Source: an uncultured Planctomycetaceae bacterium (lineage in GTDB: Bacteria > Planctomycetota > Planctomycetia > Planctomycetales > Planctomycetaceae). From it: a stretch of 64,000 nt of DNA. Below the pieces are notes generated by a model, which saw only the letters and a list, made by a program, of their open reading frames with translations, was not told the origin of the DNA and made no database searches. Of the stretch, positions 37,802-50,118 are shown piece after piece; within the stretch, counting starts at the first letter, position 1; each line of letters opens with the position of its first letter. The translations under genes and the position numbers were made by a program. Location of the stretch: assembly GCA_963815195.1 (NCBI GenBank), contig CAWFGE010000023.1:32001-96000 (forward strand), written 5' to 3'.

Positions 37802-39040
37802 TCAGCCTATACCAACTAAACAGGAAGAATCGCGGTGATCGAGCACCGGCAGGCCCGCGGGCGGGAAGAGATGGTTGTATTTGAGCCCGCTTCCCGTGTT
37901 GAAAAGCACGATGGTTTCGTCCGGCGACAGCCAGCCCTGTTCGGCCAACTGCCGGCAGGCCACCCACACGGCCCCGCCTTCAGGACAGGCGTAGATTCCC
38001 TGTTCGCGGGCGAGTTGCTTCACGCCGTCCAGAAGGTCGGCATCGCTGACCGCAACCGCGGTCCCGTTGCTTTTCCTCAGGGCCTCGAGCATCAGAAAAT
38101 CGCCGATCGCCGCCGGCACCCGCAGTCCGGAGGCGACGGTCGAAGCATTGGGGAACATCTCGGCATGGTCGGCCCCCTCTTTGAACGCCTTGACGATCGG
38201 GGCGCAGTTCTCCGCCTGCACCGAGACCATCCTCGGCCGTTCGGAGCCGATCCAGCCCAGCCGCTCCATTTCGTCGAAGGCTTTCCACATCCCGATCAGC
38301 CCGGTGCCGCCGCCGGTGGGATAGAAAATCACGTCCGGCAGTTGGAGTTCGCCGGTTCCGCGAGCGTCGGCGAGATCGAAGGCCAGTTCGTAGCCCATCG
38401 TTTTTTTGCCTTCGATGCGGAAGGGCTCTTTCAACGTGGACAGATCGAACCAGCCGAACCGCTCCACGCCTTGCCGGACGAGCTTGCCGCAATCGCTGAT
38501 GAGGCCGTTGACCAGGTACACGTTCGCCCCGCCGACGACGGATTCGGTGATGTTCGCGGGCGGGGTGTCCTCGGGCATAAAGAGATAGCATTGCATCCCG
38601 GCGCGTGCGGCATAATAGGTCGCCGCTCCCGCCGCGTTCCCCGCGGAAGGGAGCGCCACGACTTTCGCCCCGAGCGCCTTGGCCCGCGTGATCGCCGCCG
38701 ACATTCCCCGCGATTTGAAGCTCCCCGTGGGATTGAGGGCCTCATCTTTCACGAAGAGGTTCGGATACTCGGCGAACGCTCCCTGCCGTTCGCAGCGAAG
38801 CAGCGGGGTCAAGCCTTCGCCCAGGGACACCGCTTCCTCCGGGGCGTTCACGGGGAGCACGTCCCAAAACCGCCACATCGAACGCACCGTCCGCCGCCGC
38901 ACCGCCTCCGGCGTGAATTTCGACTTGATGGAATCCAGGTCGTATTCCGCCAACAACGGTTTTCCGGCCTCGCTGAGATTCCACAACCGATCCACCGGAT
39001 ACGTCTTCCCCGTCGCCGAGCAAACAAGCTGCGTATGCAC
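37802..39040 (-). CDS. thrC: Threonine synthase
   Basis: SLGEGLTPL, NPTGSFKSRG, SAGNA, EGKKTM, PTGGGTG, FNTGSGLKY. Confidence 0.88.
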   Translation of the reverse strand: MHTQLVCSATGKTYPVDRLWNLSEAGKPLLAEYDLDSIKSKFTPEAVRRRTVRSMWRFWDVLPVNAPEEAVSLGEGLTPLLRCERQGAFAEYPNLFVKDEALNPTGSFKSRGMSAAITRAKALGAKVVALPSAGNAAGAATYYAARAGMQCYLFMPEDTPPANITESVVGGANVYLVNGLISDCGKLVRQGVERFGWFDLSTLKEPFRIEGKKTMGYELAFDLADARGTGELQLPDVIFYPTGGGTGLIGMWKAFDEMERLGWIGSERPRMVSVQAENCAPIVKAFKEGADHAEMFPNASTVASGLRVPAAIGDFLMLEALRKSNGTAVAVSDADLLDGVKQLAREQGIYACPEGGAVWVACRQLAEQGWLSPDETIVLFNTGSGLKYNHLFPPAGLPVLDHRDSSCLVGIG

Positions 39041-39097
39041 GAGATGTCCTTCGTTAAAAGCTTCGCGTTAACAACAGACAATAAACCCCGCGAGAAA

Positions 39098-40282
39098 TCA
39101 GGCTTCCAGTTCAATCTCGCGCGGCCATTGCTGGTAGGCTTCCCAGTAGGTTTTTTTGAGGGCGATCTCGTCATCGTCGTCGGCCGGTTGAATGTGGCCG
39201 TTGACGTTGATGGCTCGGGAAACGATGGTGTGCTTGCCGGGCGAGAGGCGGCCCAAATCGATCGAGAAAAACACCCAGGAATACTGCGACCGCGGCTCCT
39301 TGTCGAGCGTCGCCGGCTGCCATTTGCCGCCATCGACCTGCACTTCCACCTGCTTGATGCCCGTGCCATCGTCCCAGGCGGCTCCGTACGCTTTGACGGG
39401 AATGCCTGCTTCGGTCTTGGAGGGCAGCCGGGTCACGCGGGCGATGATGGATTTCAGATTCATCCGGCTCACGGAGGATTCGACGAACACGACTTCGCCG
39501 TCTTTCCGCTCGCCGCGGACGGTGACATAATCCCGGCCCATGAACCGCCCCATATACCGGCTGTCGCGGACCTCGATCCGCTTGAGCCATTTGACATTGG
39601 CGATGCCGTACCAGCCGGGGATGATCAGCCGCAAAGGCGCGCCGGTCCGTTTTTCCAGCGGCTCGCCGTTTCGCTCATAGGCGATGAGGGCATTGAGGTT
39701 CGACGCATCTTCCACCGACAAGCTTCTCCCGAAGGGGACTTCGACGGTAAGTTCCCGGTTCGTGCCTTTCCGCAGCGTTTCCTTCTGGCGATCCACGCCG
39801 AAGAACACGACCTCTTCCGCCCCGGTCTTGAGGCCGCAGTCTTTCAAAATCGGAGCGAGCGGCGTGCCGGTCCAGCGGCTGTTGTAGATGGCATTCATAA
39901 ACCCTTTGCCCGCCCCGTTGCCGGAGCATTCGAGCGTCATCAACTGCTCTTTTTTGGGAAGGGCTTTGATGTCTTCGAGGGTGAGCTTCACCGGCTTCTC
40001 GACAAGGCCGGTGATTTCCAACTGGAAATCCTCCGCTTTGAAATCCGGGATCCCATAATGCTGCACGCTGAAGACCTGATCCTGCGGCGTCAGCCATTCG
40101 TCGAGCGTTTCCCAATCCAACCGGTTCGGAGCGGTGCGGGGCATGTTCAAAAACGGCACGAGTTCCTCGTCTTCCCGCTGGTCGGAAAACACAAACCCCG
40201 GCACCGCCATGTGTGCCAACGCAAACGCCAACGCGCCGGAACCCGCCTTTAGAACATCGCGTCGGTTGGGGGCATACGTCAT
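39098..40282 (-). CDS. Tat-exported sulfite-oxidase-family molybdoenzyme
   Basis: NRRDVLK twin-Arg signal; LECSGN Mo-ligand Cys; GAPLRLIIPGWYGIANVKWL; C-terminal dimerisation-type domain. Confidence 0.9.
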   Translation of the reverse strand: MTYAPNRRDVLKAGSGALAFALAHMAVPGFVFSDQREDEELVPFLNMPRTAPNRLDWETLDEWLTPQDQVFSVQHYGIPDFKAEDFQLEITGLVEKPVKLTLEDIKALPKKEQLMTLECSGNGAGKGFMNAIYNSRWTGTPLAPILKDCGLKTGAEEVVFFGVDRQKETLRKGTNRELTVEVPFGRSLSVEDASNLNALIAYERNGEPLEKRTGAPLRLIIPGWYGIANVKWLKRIEVRDSRYMGRFMGRDYVTVRGERKDGEVVFVESSVSRMNLKSIIARVTRLPSKTEAGIPVKAYGAAWDDGTGIKQVEVQVDGGKWQPATLDKEPRSQYSWVFFSIDLGRLSPGKHTIVSRAINVNGHIQPADDDDEIALKKTYWEAYQQWPREIELEA

Positions 40283-40335
40283 GATGAACCTCCTCGGTCT
40301 AAAAGAACTCGTGCGAACAAATCGGCCCCATTCTG

Positions 40336-41121
40336 TCACGAACCGGCCTTTTTCGGCAAGTTATCGGGCGAAACGCTGATGTCGATGGTCTCGGTTTCGT
40401 CCGCTTTGACTTCGATCTTTTGGGACCATTTCAACTCGCCCGCCGGGTGGACCATCTCGAGTTCGTATTCGCCGGGCGGGACGTTTTTCAGCTCGAAGCG
40501 GCCGTCGGCTTTGGTGATTTGATAATGCGGATGGTCGAAGACGAAAATCCAGGCCCGCATCGCGCTGTGATACACGCAGCCGACGCGGTAAGGCCGGCGG
40601 AGGTTGCCGGCTTTCTCGAAGCTCTCGACGTGCTCGCCGCCCGCGGGCATGGTCACATTGAACGAATGCAGAATGTGAAACGCCTGCACGTTGTGCACGG
40701 CTTTGTCGCTGTTGAGAAACTTGACCCGATCGCCCGCCCGGACCGCGATCGTCTCCGGCGTGAACTGGAAATCCTTCTGGTCCACCGTGACCGTGGCCGG
40801 CGTGTTGGACGGCTCGGGTTTCTGCGGAGCCAGCGGCTTGAGCGCGACCACCGCTTCGGCCAGTTCGCCGGTCTTTTTGTTTTTGACATAATACCGCGCA
40901 TACCGCCAAGGGCGTTTGGCGTCGGCGTGATAGAGGACGGTCCCTTTCACCGTGCCGGTGTGCGGGGTTTCGCCCTGGGTTTGGGCTTCTTCTTTCGATG
41001 CCGGCGGCTCGACCGCGTGGAGAGCCGAGAACCCAAGTCCCAACCCCATTATCGCCGCCACGATCGGCAGCAGGCCCGTCGCTTTCGGAAACGTTCGATG
41101 TTCTTGTTTCATCAATTCCAT
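40336..41121 (-). CDS. Exported cupredoxin-domain protein with carboxypeptidase-regulatory-like domain
   Basis: FTPETIAVRAGDRVKFLNSDKAVHNV and GCVYHSAM type-1 copper ligands; DGRFELKNVPPGEY. Confidence 0.8.
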   Translation of the reverse strand: MELMKQEHRTFPKATGLLPIVAAIMGLGLGFSALHAVEPPASKEEAQTQGETPHTGTVKGTVLYHADAKRPWRYARYYVKNKKTGELAEAVVALKPLAPQKPEPSNTPATVTVDQKDFQFTPETIAVRAGDRVKFLNSDKAVHNVQAFHILHSFNVTMPAGGEHVESFEKAGNLRRPYRVGCVYHSAMRAWIFVFDHPHYQITKADGRFELKNVPPGEYELEMVHPAGELKWSQKIEVKADETETIDISVSPDNLPKKAGS

Positions 41122-41123
41122 GC

Positions 41124-42893
<1,770 letters not shown>

Positions 42894-43145
42894 CGGGGAT
42901 TACCCTCATCAAAAGATTATCACGCCTTATCGGCCGGCCATCGGCTCGAAAGGCCGTCAATTATAGAAGACACGCCGCCCGCCGCAATGTTCATCGAACG
43001 AGTTCCGCCGCGAACGCGCCGCCCCCCGCATCGTACAAGGCGAGGGAAATCTTCGCCAAGCGAACCGTGGTTCCAGTATGGGATCCGGGTTATAAAGGGG
43101 GAAAGATTTTGTTCCGGCCGCCCAATGCTTTCGAGGAAGTCCCCA

Positions 43146-44637
43146 ATGCGACTGCAAAACCTGCGATATTTCGTCTCTCTGGCGTTGGCCGTTTTTTGGA
43201 TCGGATCGATACCCGTCGCGGCGGCAGAGGCGAAGACTTCGAAACCGAACGTCCTGATCGTGCTCTCGGATGACCTGGGGTACGGCGACCTGGCCTGCTA
43301 TGGGAACGAAGTCGTTCTGACCCCGAATCTGGACCGCTTCGCCCGCGAGGGGCTGCGACTGACGAGTTGCTACGCGGCGGCACCGAACTGCTCGCCCGCG
43401 CGGACCGGCCTGATGACCGGCCGGACCCCTTACCGCGTGGGAATTTACAATTGGATCCCCATGTTCTCGCCGATGCACGTCCCGAAATCGGAAATCACCA
43501 TCGCCACGCTCTTGCGAAAAGCCGGTTATGCGACGGCCCATTGCGGGAAATGGCATCTGAACGGGCGCTTCAATCTACCCGAGCAGCCGCAGCCTTCCGA
43601 GCATGGCTTCGATCACTGGTTCTCGACGCAAAATAACGCCCTCCCCAATCATCACGATCCCGACAACTTCGTGCGGAACGGCGAGCCCGTGGGCAAGCTC
43701 GCAGGTTATTCCGCCGATCTGGTTTCGAACGAGGCGATCGATTGGCTGACCGAAAAGCGCGACAAAGCGAAGCCGTTTTTCCTGTTCGTCTGTTTTCACG
43801 AACCGCACGAGCCGATCGCGTCCGCTCCGAAATTTGCGAAGAAGTACGCGAAGTTTGACGATCCCGCGCGGGAGGCCCATCATGGAAATATCACGCAGAT
43901 GGACGCCGCGTTCGGCCGGCTGATGGCGGCCCTCGACCAACAAAACCTGCGGGACGAGACGCTGGTGGTGTTCACGAGCGACAACGGGCCGGCGATCACG
44001 GCGATCCATCCGTACGGCTCGGCGGGGCCGCTCCGGTCCAAGAAAGGGTTCTTGTATGAAGGCGGAATCCGCGTGCCGGGCATGATCCGCTGGCCCGGCC
44101 GCATCGAACCGGGCCGCGAATCGGACGAGCCGATCTGCGGCGTAGATTGGCTGCCGACGCTTTGCGCCGTCACCGGAATTCAGCCGCCCGAGGATCGCAA
44201 GATCGACGGCAGCGACATCCGCCCGCTGTTCGACGGCCGGCCCGTAAAGCGCAAAACCCCGCTGTACTGGCAATTTGATTACGTCCAGAGCGGCCCGCAA
44301 GTCGCGATGCGGGAGGGAGACTGGAAGATCGTCGGCTTCACCAGCGGCCGGCATCCTGCCGCCCACCGCCGACCTCACCGAAGCGGCGCTAGAGCACATT
44401 AACTCCGCGACGCTCGAATCGTTCGAACTTTATAACCTCAAAACCGACATCGGCGAGACGACCAATCTCGCGGAGCAAGAACCCGCGCGCCTCAAGAAAA
44501 TGTCGGAGCAGTTGGCAAATCTGTATCAGGAAATCCAGCGGGAGAACCCGGCGTGGCCGAGTTGGACTTCGCCGCGGTACGAAGGCCAACGCATCCTCTG
44601 GGAGACCGACGCCCGCAAACAAACGAAAGCCCCATGA
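43146..44637 (+). CDS. Secreted Cys-type sulfatase, frameshift at ~44345
   Basis: SDDLGYGD, CSPAR (CxPxR), GKWHL, TSDNG, YEGGIRVP; ELYNLKTDIGE in second frame. Confidence 0.93.
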
Positions 44638-44750
44638 CCCCACGGACAATCTGCGAAAAACGGAGAATTTGGGCTAAGCGCGTTTTGCACATTTTGCTAG
44701 CATCCGCCGGCTTTGGATGGATTTTCGGTTTTCGGGAAGGAGCCTGACGG

Positions 44751-45731
44751 ATGCCCCGCGCGCGACAAAACGCTTTGATTTCTAAAGTTTTCCTCTTCTC
44801 GGTTCTCGCCGTCGCGAGTGCGGCGGAGGCGGCCAACAACAAGACGGACTCCGCCAAAGCGGCCGACCCCGACGCCTACACGCTCCGCTACCAGTTCAAA
44901 AAAGATGAGGTGCTCCATTACCGGGTGGACCACGAGTCCACCCTCATTGCCTCAAAGCCCGAACTCAGCCAACGGACGAAAAACGAGGTGCATTCCAAGA
45001 AGAACCAGCGGGTGGTGGCGACGGACTCCGCCGGGAATGCGACGTTGGAACTGGCGATCGACTGGGTGAAGATGTCGGCCCAGTTCGACGATTCCGAGGC
45101 GCGCGTCTTTGACAGCAAACACCCCGACGACTGCCCCGATTGTTACAAAGGCGTGCGGCAGGTCATCGGGCAGCCCCTGGCCCGCGTGCGGGTGTCGCCG
45201 CGCGGGACGCTGCTGTCCTCGACGCCGCTGTTAAGCCCCGCGGTGTTGGCCCGCGCCCGCATGCTGCCGCCGGACCCGTCCAGCGAGTCGAACGACCCCA
45301 TGCGGAATTTTCTGGTCGAGTTCCCGGAAGAACCGCTCAAAATCGGCGAAGGCTGGACGAACACCTACAAAGTCAAAGTCCAGGTGACCCGCCGGCTGTC
45401 GCAAGATGTGACCATGCAGCGGAGCTACGAACTCACGGAAGTGAAAGACCAACGCGCCACAATCAAAATGCGGACCGCGCTGATCACCCCCATCCGCGAC
45501 GGCCAGATTCTGGGCCAGCTCATCCAGATGACGCCCAGCGGCACGATCGTGTTCGATCTGGAGCACGGCCGGATCGTCTCCCGCACGCTGGCCATCGACA
45601 AAACCGAAGTCGGCGTGATCGGCGGTAACGGCTCGATGCAGGCCAAGAGCAAACGCGTGGAATGCTGGATCGACCCCGCCAAAGAGAAAGCCGACAGCGA
45701 ACCCAAACCGAAAGCGGATGAGCAATCATGA
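44751..45731 (+). CDS. Exported hypothetical protein (DUF6263-like)
   Basis: Signal peptide; YTLRYQFKK, FPEEPLKIGEGW, GTIVFDLEHG motifs. Confidence 0.6.
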   Translation: MPRARQNALISKVFLFSVLAVASAAEAANNKTDSAKAADPDAYTLRYQFKKDEVLHYRVDHESTLIASKPELSQRTKNEVHSKKNQRVVATDSAGNATLELAIDWVKMSAQFDDSEARVFDSKHPDDCPDCYKGVRQVIGQPLARVRVSPRGTLLSSTPLLSPAVLARARMLPPDPSSESNDPMRNFLVEFPEEPLKIGEGWTNTYKVKVQVTRRLSQDVTMQRSYELTEVKDQRATIKMRTALITPIRDGQILGQLIQMTPSGTIVFDLEHGRIVSRTLAIDKTEVGVIGGNGSMQAKSKRVECWIDPAKEKADSEPKPKADEQS

Positions 45732-45844
45732 CGAACCGACCGCCGGGCGTTGTGGGGGTTTTGTTTTTCGTCTGGTTGAACGTCGGGGCGCTCTTTCCCA
45801 ACGAGGGTGATCCGCCGACGGGAATGCTGGACTGACCCAAAATC

Positions 45845-45866
45845 GCACTGGCAGAGCCAGTGGCAC
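45845..45866. repeat. REP-like palindrome GCACTGGCAGAGCCAGTGGCAC
   Basis: CACTGGC/GCCAGTG stem between convergent genes. Confidence 0.65.
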
Positions 45867-45883
45867 ACAGCGAGTCCGCCCGC

Positions 45884-46324
45884 TCAATCCTTTGCGGCGG
45901 CGGGGAATTCGCAGAGGGGCACGCTGTCAGTCGGCTCGGCGAGGATTTCCGCGAGCGTCGATTGCCGGAACGCGTCTTCCACCAGCGCCATCGCGCGGTC
46001 CATCCGAAAATGCAGCGGGCACAAGCGAACGCCGTGGCTCTTGAGTTCCAACGGGCAGGTGCGGATTCGCTGGATGGGTTCGACCGCGTTGACCACGTCC
46101 AAGACGGTGATCTCTTCGGGCGATTGGGCCAGCGAAAACCCGCCGCGCACGCCGCGATGCGATCGCACCAAGCCTTTGCGGGTCAGGTTTTGGAGCACCT
46201 TGGACAAATAAGCCGGGGGGACCTTCGTCTTCTCGGCGATTTGCTCGGTGGGCTGCGGCTCGTCCGAAAACCCCGCCAAATAAACCATTGCCCGCAGGGC
46301 ATACTCCACGGTTTGAGAGAGCAT
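45884..46324 (-). CDS. Rrf2-family transcriptional regulator
   Basis: EYALRAM, YLSKVLQNL, RGVRGGFSLA, ITVLDVVNAVE; three Cys in the C-terminal half. Confidence 0.92.
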   Translation of the reverse strand: MLSQTVEYALRAMVYLAGFSDEPQPTEQIAEKTKVPPAYLSKVLQNLTRKGLVRSHRGVRGGFSLAQSPEEITVLDVVNAVEPIQRIRTCPLELKSHGVRLCPLHFRMDRAMALVEDAFRQSTLAEILAEPTDSVPLCEFPAAAKD

Positions 46325-46484
46325 CTATGAAAAAACTCCTGGAAATGATGTTCACGCTGTTCCTATCCATCATAGGCGGCCAGGCCAACGGGGAACAGCC
46401 GAAAGGTCGCGAGCTTTGGCGGGGCGTGCTAAACTGCGAGGACGAAAATCACCCGCATTTCGCGAATTTGATGAAGGATGCCTC

Positions 46485-47927
46485 ATGCCCCTGCCGATTT
46501 TTGCCCGCCTGGTTTGTTTGGCCTGTCTGATTTTTGGAACAACGTCGCTCACCGCCGCGGAGCCGGCCGTGAAGGGGCAGGATTGGCCCCGGTTTTTGGG
46601 GCCGCATCAAAACAACGTCGCCGACGAGACCGACGTGCTCAAAGCCTGGCCCCAAGGCGGACCCAAGGTGCTGTGGCAGAAGCGGGTCGGCACCGGCTAC
46701 AGCGCTCCCTCCGTGCGCGGGGATCGGTTGGTGATTCATCACCGCGTGGACGATGAGGAATTGATCGAATGCCGGGACGCCATCACCGGCGACGTGGTGT
46801 GGACCGATAAATATCCCACGACCTACGAAGACCCTTACGGCTACAACAACGGCCCGCGGGCAACGCCCATCCTCACCCAGGACCGCACTTACACCTACGG
46901 AGCCGAGGGCAAACTCACCTGTGTGGACCTCAAGACCGGCAAAAGAATCTGGCAGCGGGACGTCAAGAAGGACTTCAATCTGCCCCAGTGGTTCTTTGGC
47001 ATCGGCTGCACGCCGATCTTGGAAGGCGATCTGTTGATTGCCCACGTCGGCGGGCAGCCCAACTCCGGCGTGGTCGCGTTCAATGCGAAAACCGGCGAAA
47101 CCGTCTGGGAAAGCGTGGGCAAGAAGACCTGGGACGGCGTCAAAACCGGCTTTTCTCCCGACGACACCTACGAATGGACCGGCAAAGAGCAGATCATCAG
47201 TTATTCCTCGCCGATCGCCGTCACCATCCACGGCAAGCGGCACGTGCTGTGCTTGCTTCGGCACGGGCTGGTCTCGCTCGATCCCAAAGACGGCAGCGAA
47301 CGTTTTAAATACTGGTTCCGCTCGCGGGCTTTCGAATCCGTCAACGCCGCCCGCCCCGTGGTGATGGGCGATAAAATTTTCCTCTCCGCGGCTTACAAAG
47401 TCGGCTCGGCGCTACTTCAGGTCCATCCCGATTCCAAAGGCGTCAAGGAGATTTGGCGGGACAATGAGAACCTGCTCACGCACTGGTCCACCGCGATTCC
47501 GGTGGACGGCTCCATTTACGGCTTCAGTGGCCGGCACGAGCAGGAAGGCGAACTCCGCTGCCTCGATCTGAAAACCGGCAAAGTCCTGTGGAAGACCACC
47601 GGCTTCGACGGCGACCTGTCCGACCTCGATCAGGACCCGATGACCGGCGTCATCAAGGACAAGAAAACCGGCAAAGCCGTGCCCTGGCCGTTCTTCGGCC
47701 GCGGTTCGAAAATCCGCATCGGCGACCGCTTCTTGATCCTCGGCGAACGCGGCACCCTGGCCCTCGCCCGCATCAGCCAGACCAAGTACGAAGAACTCGG
47801 CCGCTGCTCCTACAAACAAATCCACCACCCCGCCTGGACCGCCCCGGTCCTCGCCCACGGCCTCATCTATCTCCGCGGCGAAGACGCGCTGATCTGCTTG
47901 GACACGCGGCCAAAGGCGGCGAAGTGA
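46485..47927 (+). CDS. PQQ-binding-like beta-propeller protein (planctomycete BamB-like family)
   Basis: DWPRFLGP, GYSAPSV, GPRATP, YSSP, WTAPVLAHG. Confidence 0.88.
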   Translation: MPLPIFARLVCLACLIFGTTSLTAAEPAVKGQDWPRFLGPHQNNVADETDVLKAWPQGGPKVLWQKRVGTGYSAPSVRGDRLVIHHRVDDEELIECRDAITGDVVWTDKYPTTYEDPYGYNNGPRATPILTQDRTYTYGAEGKLTCVDLKTGKRIWQRDVKKDFNLPQWFFGIGCTPILEGDLLIAHVGGQPNSGVVAFNAKTGETVWESVGKKTWDGVKTGFSPDDTYEWTGKEQIISYSSPIAVTIHGKRHVLCLLRHGLVSLDPKDGSERFKYWFRSRAFESVNAARPVVMGDKIFLSAAYKVGSALLQVHPDSKGVKEIWRDNENLLTHWSTAIPVDGSIYGFSGRHEQEGELRCLDLKTGKVLWKTTGFDGDLSDLDQDPMTGVIKDKKTGKAVPWPFFGRGSKIRIGDRFLILGERGTLALARISQTKYEELGRCSYKQIHHPAWTAPVLAHGLIYLRGEDALICLDTRPKAAK

Positions 47928-47962
47928 GGGTGGAGCGAGGAAAAAGGGCGTAACCTATCGCC

Positions 47963-48033
47963 TGGTTCCCAAGCTCCACAGTGTGTGGATTTAATCGGGA
48001 CAACCACACAGGCCGTCCAGGTTGGGAACGAGC
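47963..48033. repeat. Degenerate REP-like inverted repeat at left edge of the R-M island
   Basis: GTTCCCAA...TTGGGAAC arms. Confidence 0.45.
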
Positions 48034-48072
48034 GGTGGAAGGTCGTGAGACATGGGAGAACCGATTTCGCTC

Positions 48073-49098
48073 TCAGCTGATATATGCCGTCGGCCACTGC
48101 CGGGAACGCAACCCTAATGCGAGATACTCTGGATTCGGACGCGCATCGATCACGTTCGGCAATGCGATATGTTCCGGAAGCCGCCCTCGGAATTCGTCCA
48201 AACCCATGTCAAGCTGCAAAACGACAAGCTGCGAAGCCTTGTCGGGATTGACCACAATCTTATAACTCGACTGCACCCCCAAAAGCCCATTGTCGTAGGC
48301 TCCGTGGTGCAACCGGCACAGAGCTAGGCCATTGGTGACATCGTCGGTGGATTGAGGGTCGGACACCGGCACGATATGCGCCGCATCGACAAGCTTCAAA
48401 GCCGTTCCGCAGACCGCACAGCAATACCGGTAGGCCCTGAGCACCTTCGGCCGGAACTGCGCTTCCCGATACGCCCGCATTGTTTGAACCAGGTCGTATC
48501 GGCGCGCGGCTTGGATTTCATCTTCCGACTCATCCAAAAAGTTCCGTTCGTCGTCGTAGGCGGCGTCGGCCAGATCGGCGACGGCGGATGAATCCTCTTC
48601 GGAATTATGCAGCGGCAATCCCCGCTCGACATACCACAGGAGAGAATCCGGCTGAACCGCGACGACCACTTCTCGGCCCATTTCCGTGGGACGGAGATAC
48701 GTTGCGATTCCAGCGTGGAAGGCGGTTTCAAGCGTTTGCCGATTGACTTGAAGACTGTTTGACCGGCTTCGAAACCTCGTGTGCCGGCGGGGATCCCAAA
48801 AGACATACACGCCATGCTCGGCATTCCAGCCGCCCAACAACGTCCGCACGCCGGGCTGAAGCGGAATGCCTCTCAAACCGGTGGCCTGAATCCGCATTTC
48901 ATTCTCGGGCCGATTGCGTCCGCCCGGCGTAACAGCCCACAGGAAGAGGATACAATCCGTGGTCCCTTCGGAAGTGATGACTCGCAATCGTGCCGGTCGT
49001 TCCGGATCCGTTTCGCGTTCCCGGATGACCGTGGCGCTGGATCGTTCCAACGTCGCGACAAACTCATCGACCAATCGAGAGAAAGGAATCCCCGGCAT
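48073..49098 (-). CDS. HNH endonuclease with N-terminal putative DNA-recognition domain
   Basis: CAVCG...DAAHIVP...DDVTNGLALCRLHHGAYD; 12 bp downstream of the methyltransferase. Confidence 0.88.
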   Translation of the reverse strand: MPGIPFSRLVDEFVATLERSSATVIRERETDPERPARLRVITSEGTTDCILFLWAVTPGGRNRPENEMRIQATGLRGIPLQPGVRTLLGGWNAEHGVYVFWDPRRHTRFRSRSNSLQVNRQTLETAFHAGIATYLRPTEMGREVVVAVQPDSLLWYVERGLPLHNSEEDSSAVADLADAAYDDERNFLDESEDEIQAARRYDLVQTMRAYREAQFRPKVLRAYRYCCAVCGTALKLVDAAHIVPVSDPQSTDDVTNGLALCRLHHGAYDNGLLGVQSSYKIVVNPDKASQLVVLQLDMGLDEFRGRLPEHIALPNVIDARPNPEYLALGLRSRQWPTAYIS

Positions 49099-49110
49099 TC
49101 CATTGCACCT

Positions 49111-50118
49111 TTAGTCCTTGGAAGGTTTGCGTTTTCCCGTCGAATGGCCTTGTTTCGCGGACAACTCATTGCCCGGTGCATCATCGAAAAGCGGTCCTGT
49201 TTCAAACCGAATCATGGAGCCTGCGACGTAGTTTGGTTCGAGTTCGGAAGCGATCCAACGACGATTGGTTTGATTGCAAACCGATCCCGTTACGTTGCTG
49301 CCGGCAAATGGGTCGATCACCAAATCCCCCGGTTTCGTGAGAAAGTCGATAAAAAACTTAACCAGTTGTTCGGGATAGCGCGCGGGATGGGGCTTTATGC
49401 CGCGCTTCCTGCATTCCCGGAGATAGGTGCTGTTGGATTCCGTGTTCGCGATCTGAATCAAATTCGGGGGAATCGCACCGCCGTTATCCTTTTGAAACTT
49501 TGTCGAGATGTCATGTCCGGACGGACGCTTCTTGGCTTTATACCCGTTTTTGATGAGGTTCTTCATGCTGTCGCTATATGGCTGAAGCACGCGGCGGTTG
49601 TCAGCGTTTGGGTATTCCGTCTTGCCGAACCACCAAACCATATTGACCGCATCCTTAACACGAATCCGGCGGACCGTCACCCACTCGGCGGGCGTCGGCA
49701 AACGGGCGGGGTTATACCAATAAAATTCCTGCGCCAGATGAAATTCTTTCGCCAAACGAACGGCAAGCTCAAAGTGATAGATGCTTCGGACCGGCGCTCC
49801 GGGAACCCAAGCCCCGCCGATGTCGAGTACGAAGCTCCCCTCCGCCTTCAAGATGCGCTTGATTTCAAGACAAAAAGGCATGAACCATTCCAGATATTTA
49901 TCCAGAGGCTCGTTGCCGTACTCTTTCTTGCGCGTTAAGGCGAAAGGCGGGGACGTGATGACAAGATCGACGCTTTCACTCGGAAGCGTAGTCAGCAATT
50001 CCAGAGCGTCCATTTCAAACATCGCCCCCAAGGGAGTGCTATAGGCCGGGGTGAGATCTGAGATTCTATAGGTTTTGGTCCAACCTAGGTCTTTATCAAA
50101 TCCGCCGCGGGTGAGCAT
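49111..50118 (-). CDS. Beta-class N4-cytosine DNA methyltransferase, M.PvuII-like
   Basis: TSPPFAL-RKKEYGN, RIRVKDAVN, RPSGHDI, KDNGG-IPPNL, HPAR, DPFAGS; these match my recollection of the M.PvuII sequence. Confidence 0.92.
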   Translation of the reverse strand: MLTRGGFDKDLGWTKTYRISDLTPAYSTPLGAMFEMDALELLTTLPSESVDLVITSPPFALTRKKEYGNEPLDKYLEWFMPFCLEIKRILKAEGSFVLDIGGAWVPGAPVRSIYHFELAVRLAKEFHLAQEFYWYNPARLPTPAEWVTVRRIRVKDAVNMVWWFGKTEYPNADNRRVLQPYSDSMKNLIKNGYKAKKRPSGHDISTKFQKDNGGAIPPNLIQIANTESNSTYLRECRKRGIKPHPARYPEQLVKFFIDFLTKPGDLVIDPFAGSNVTGSVCNQTNRRWIASELEPNYVAGSMIRFETGPLFDDAPGNELSAKQGHSTGKRKPSKD

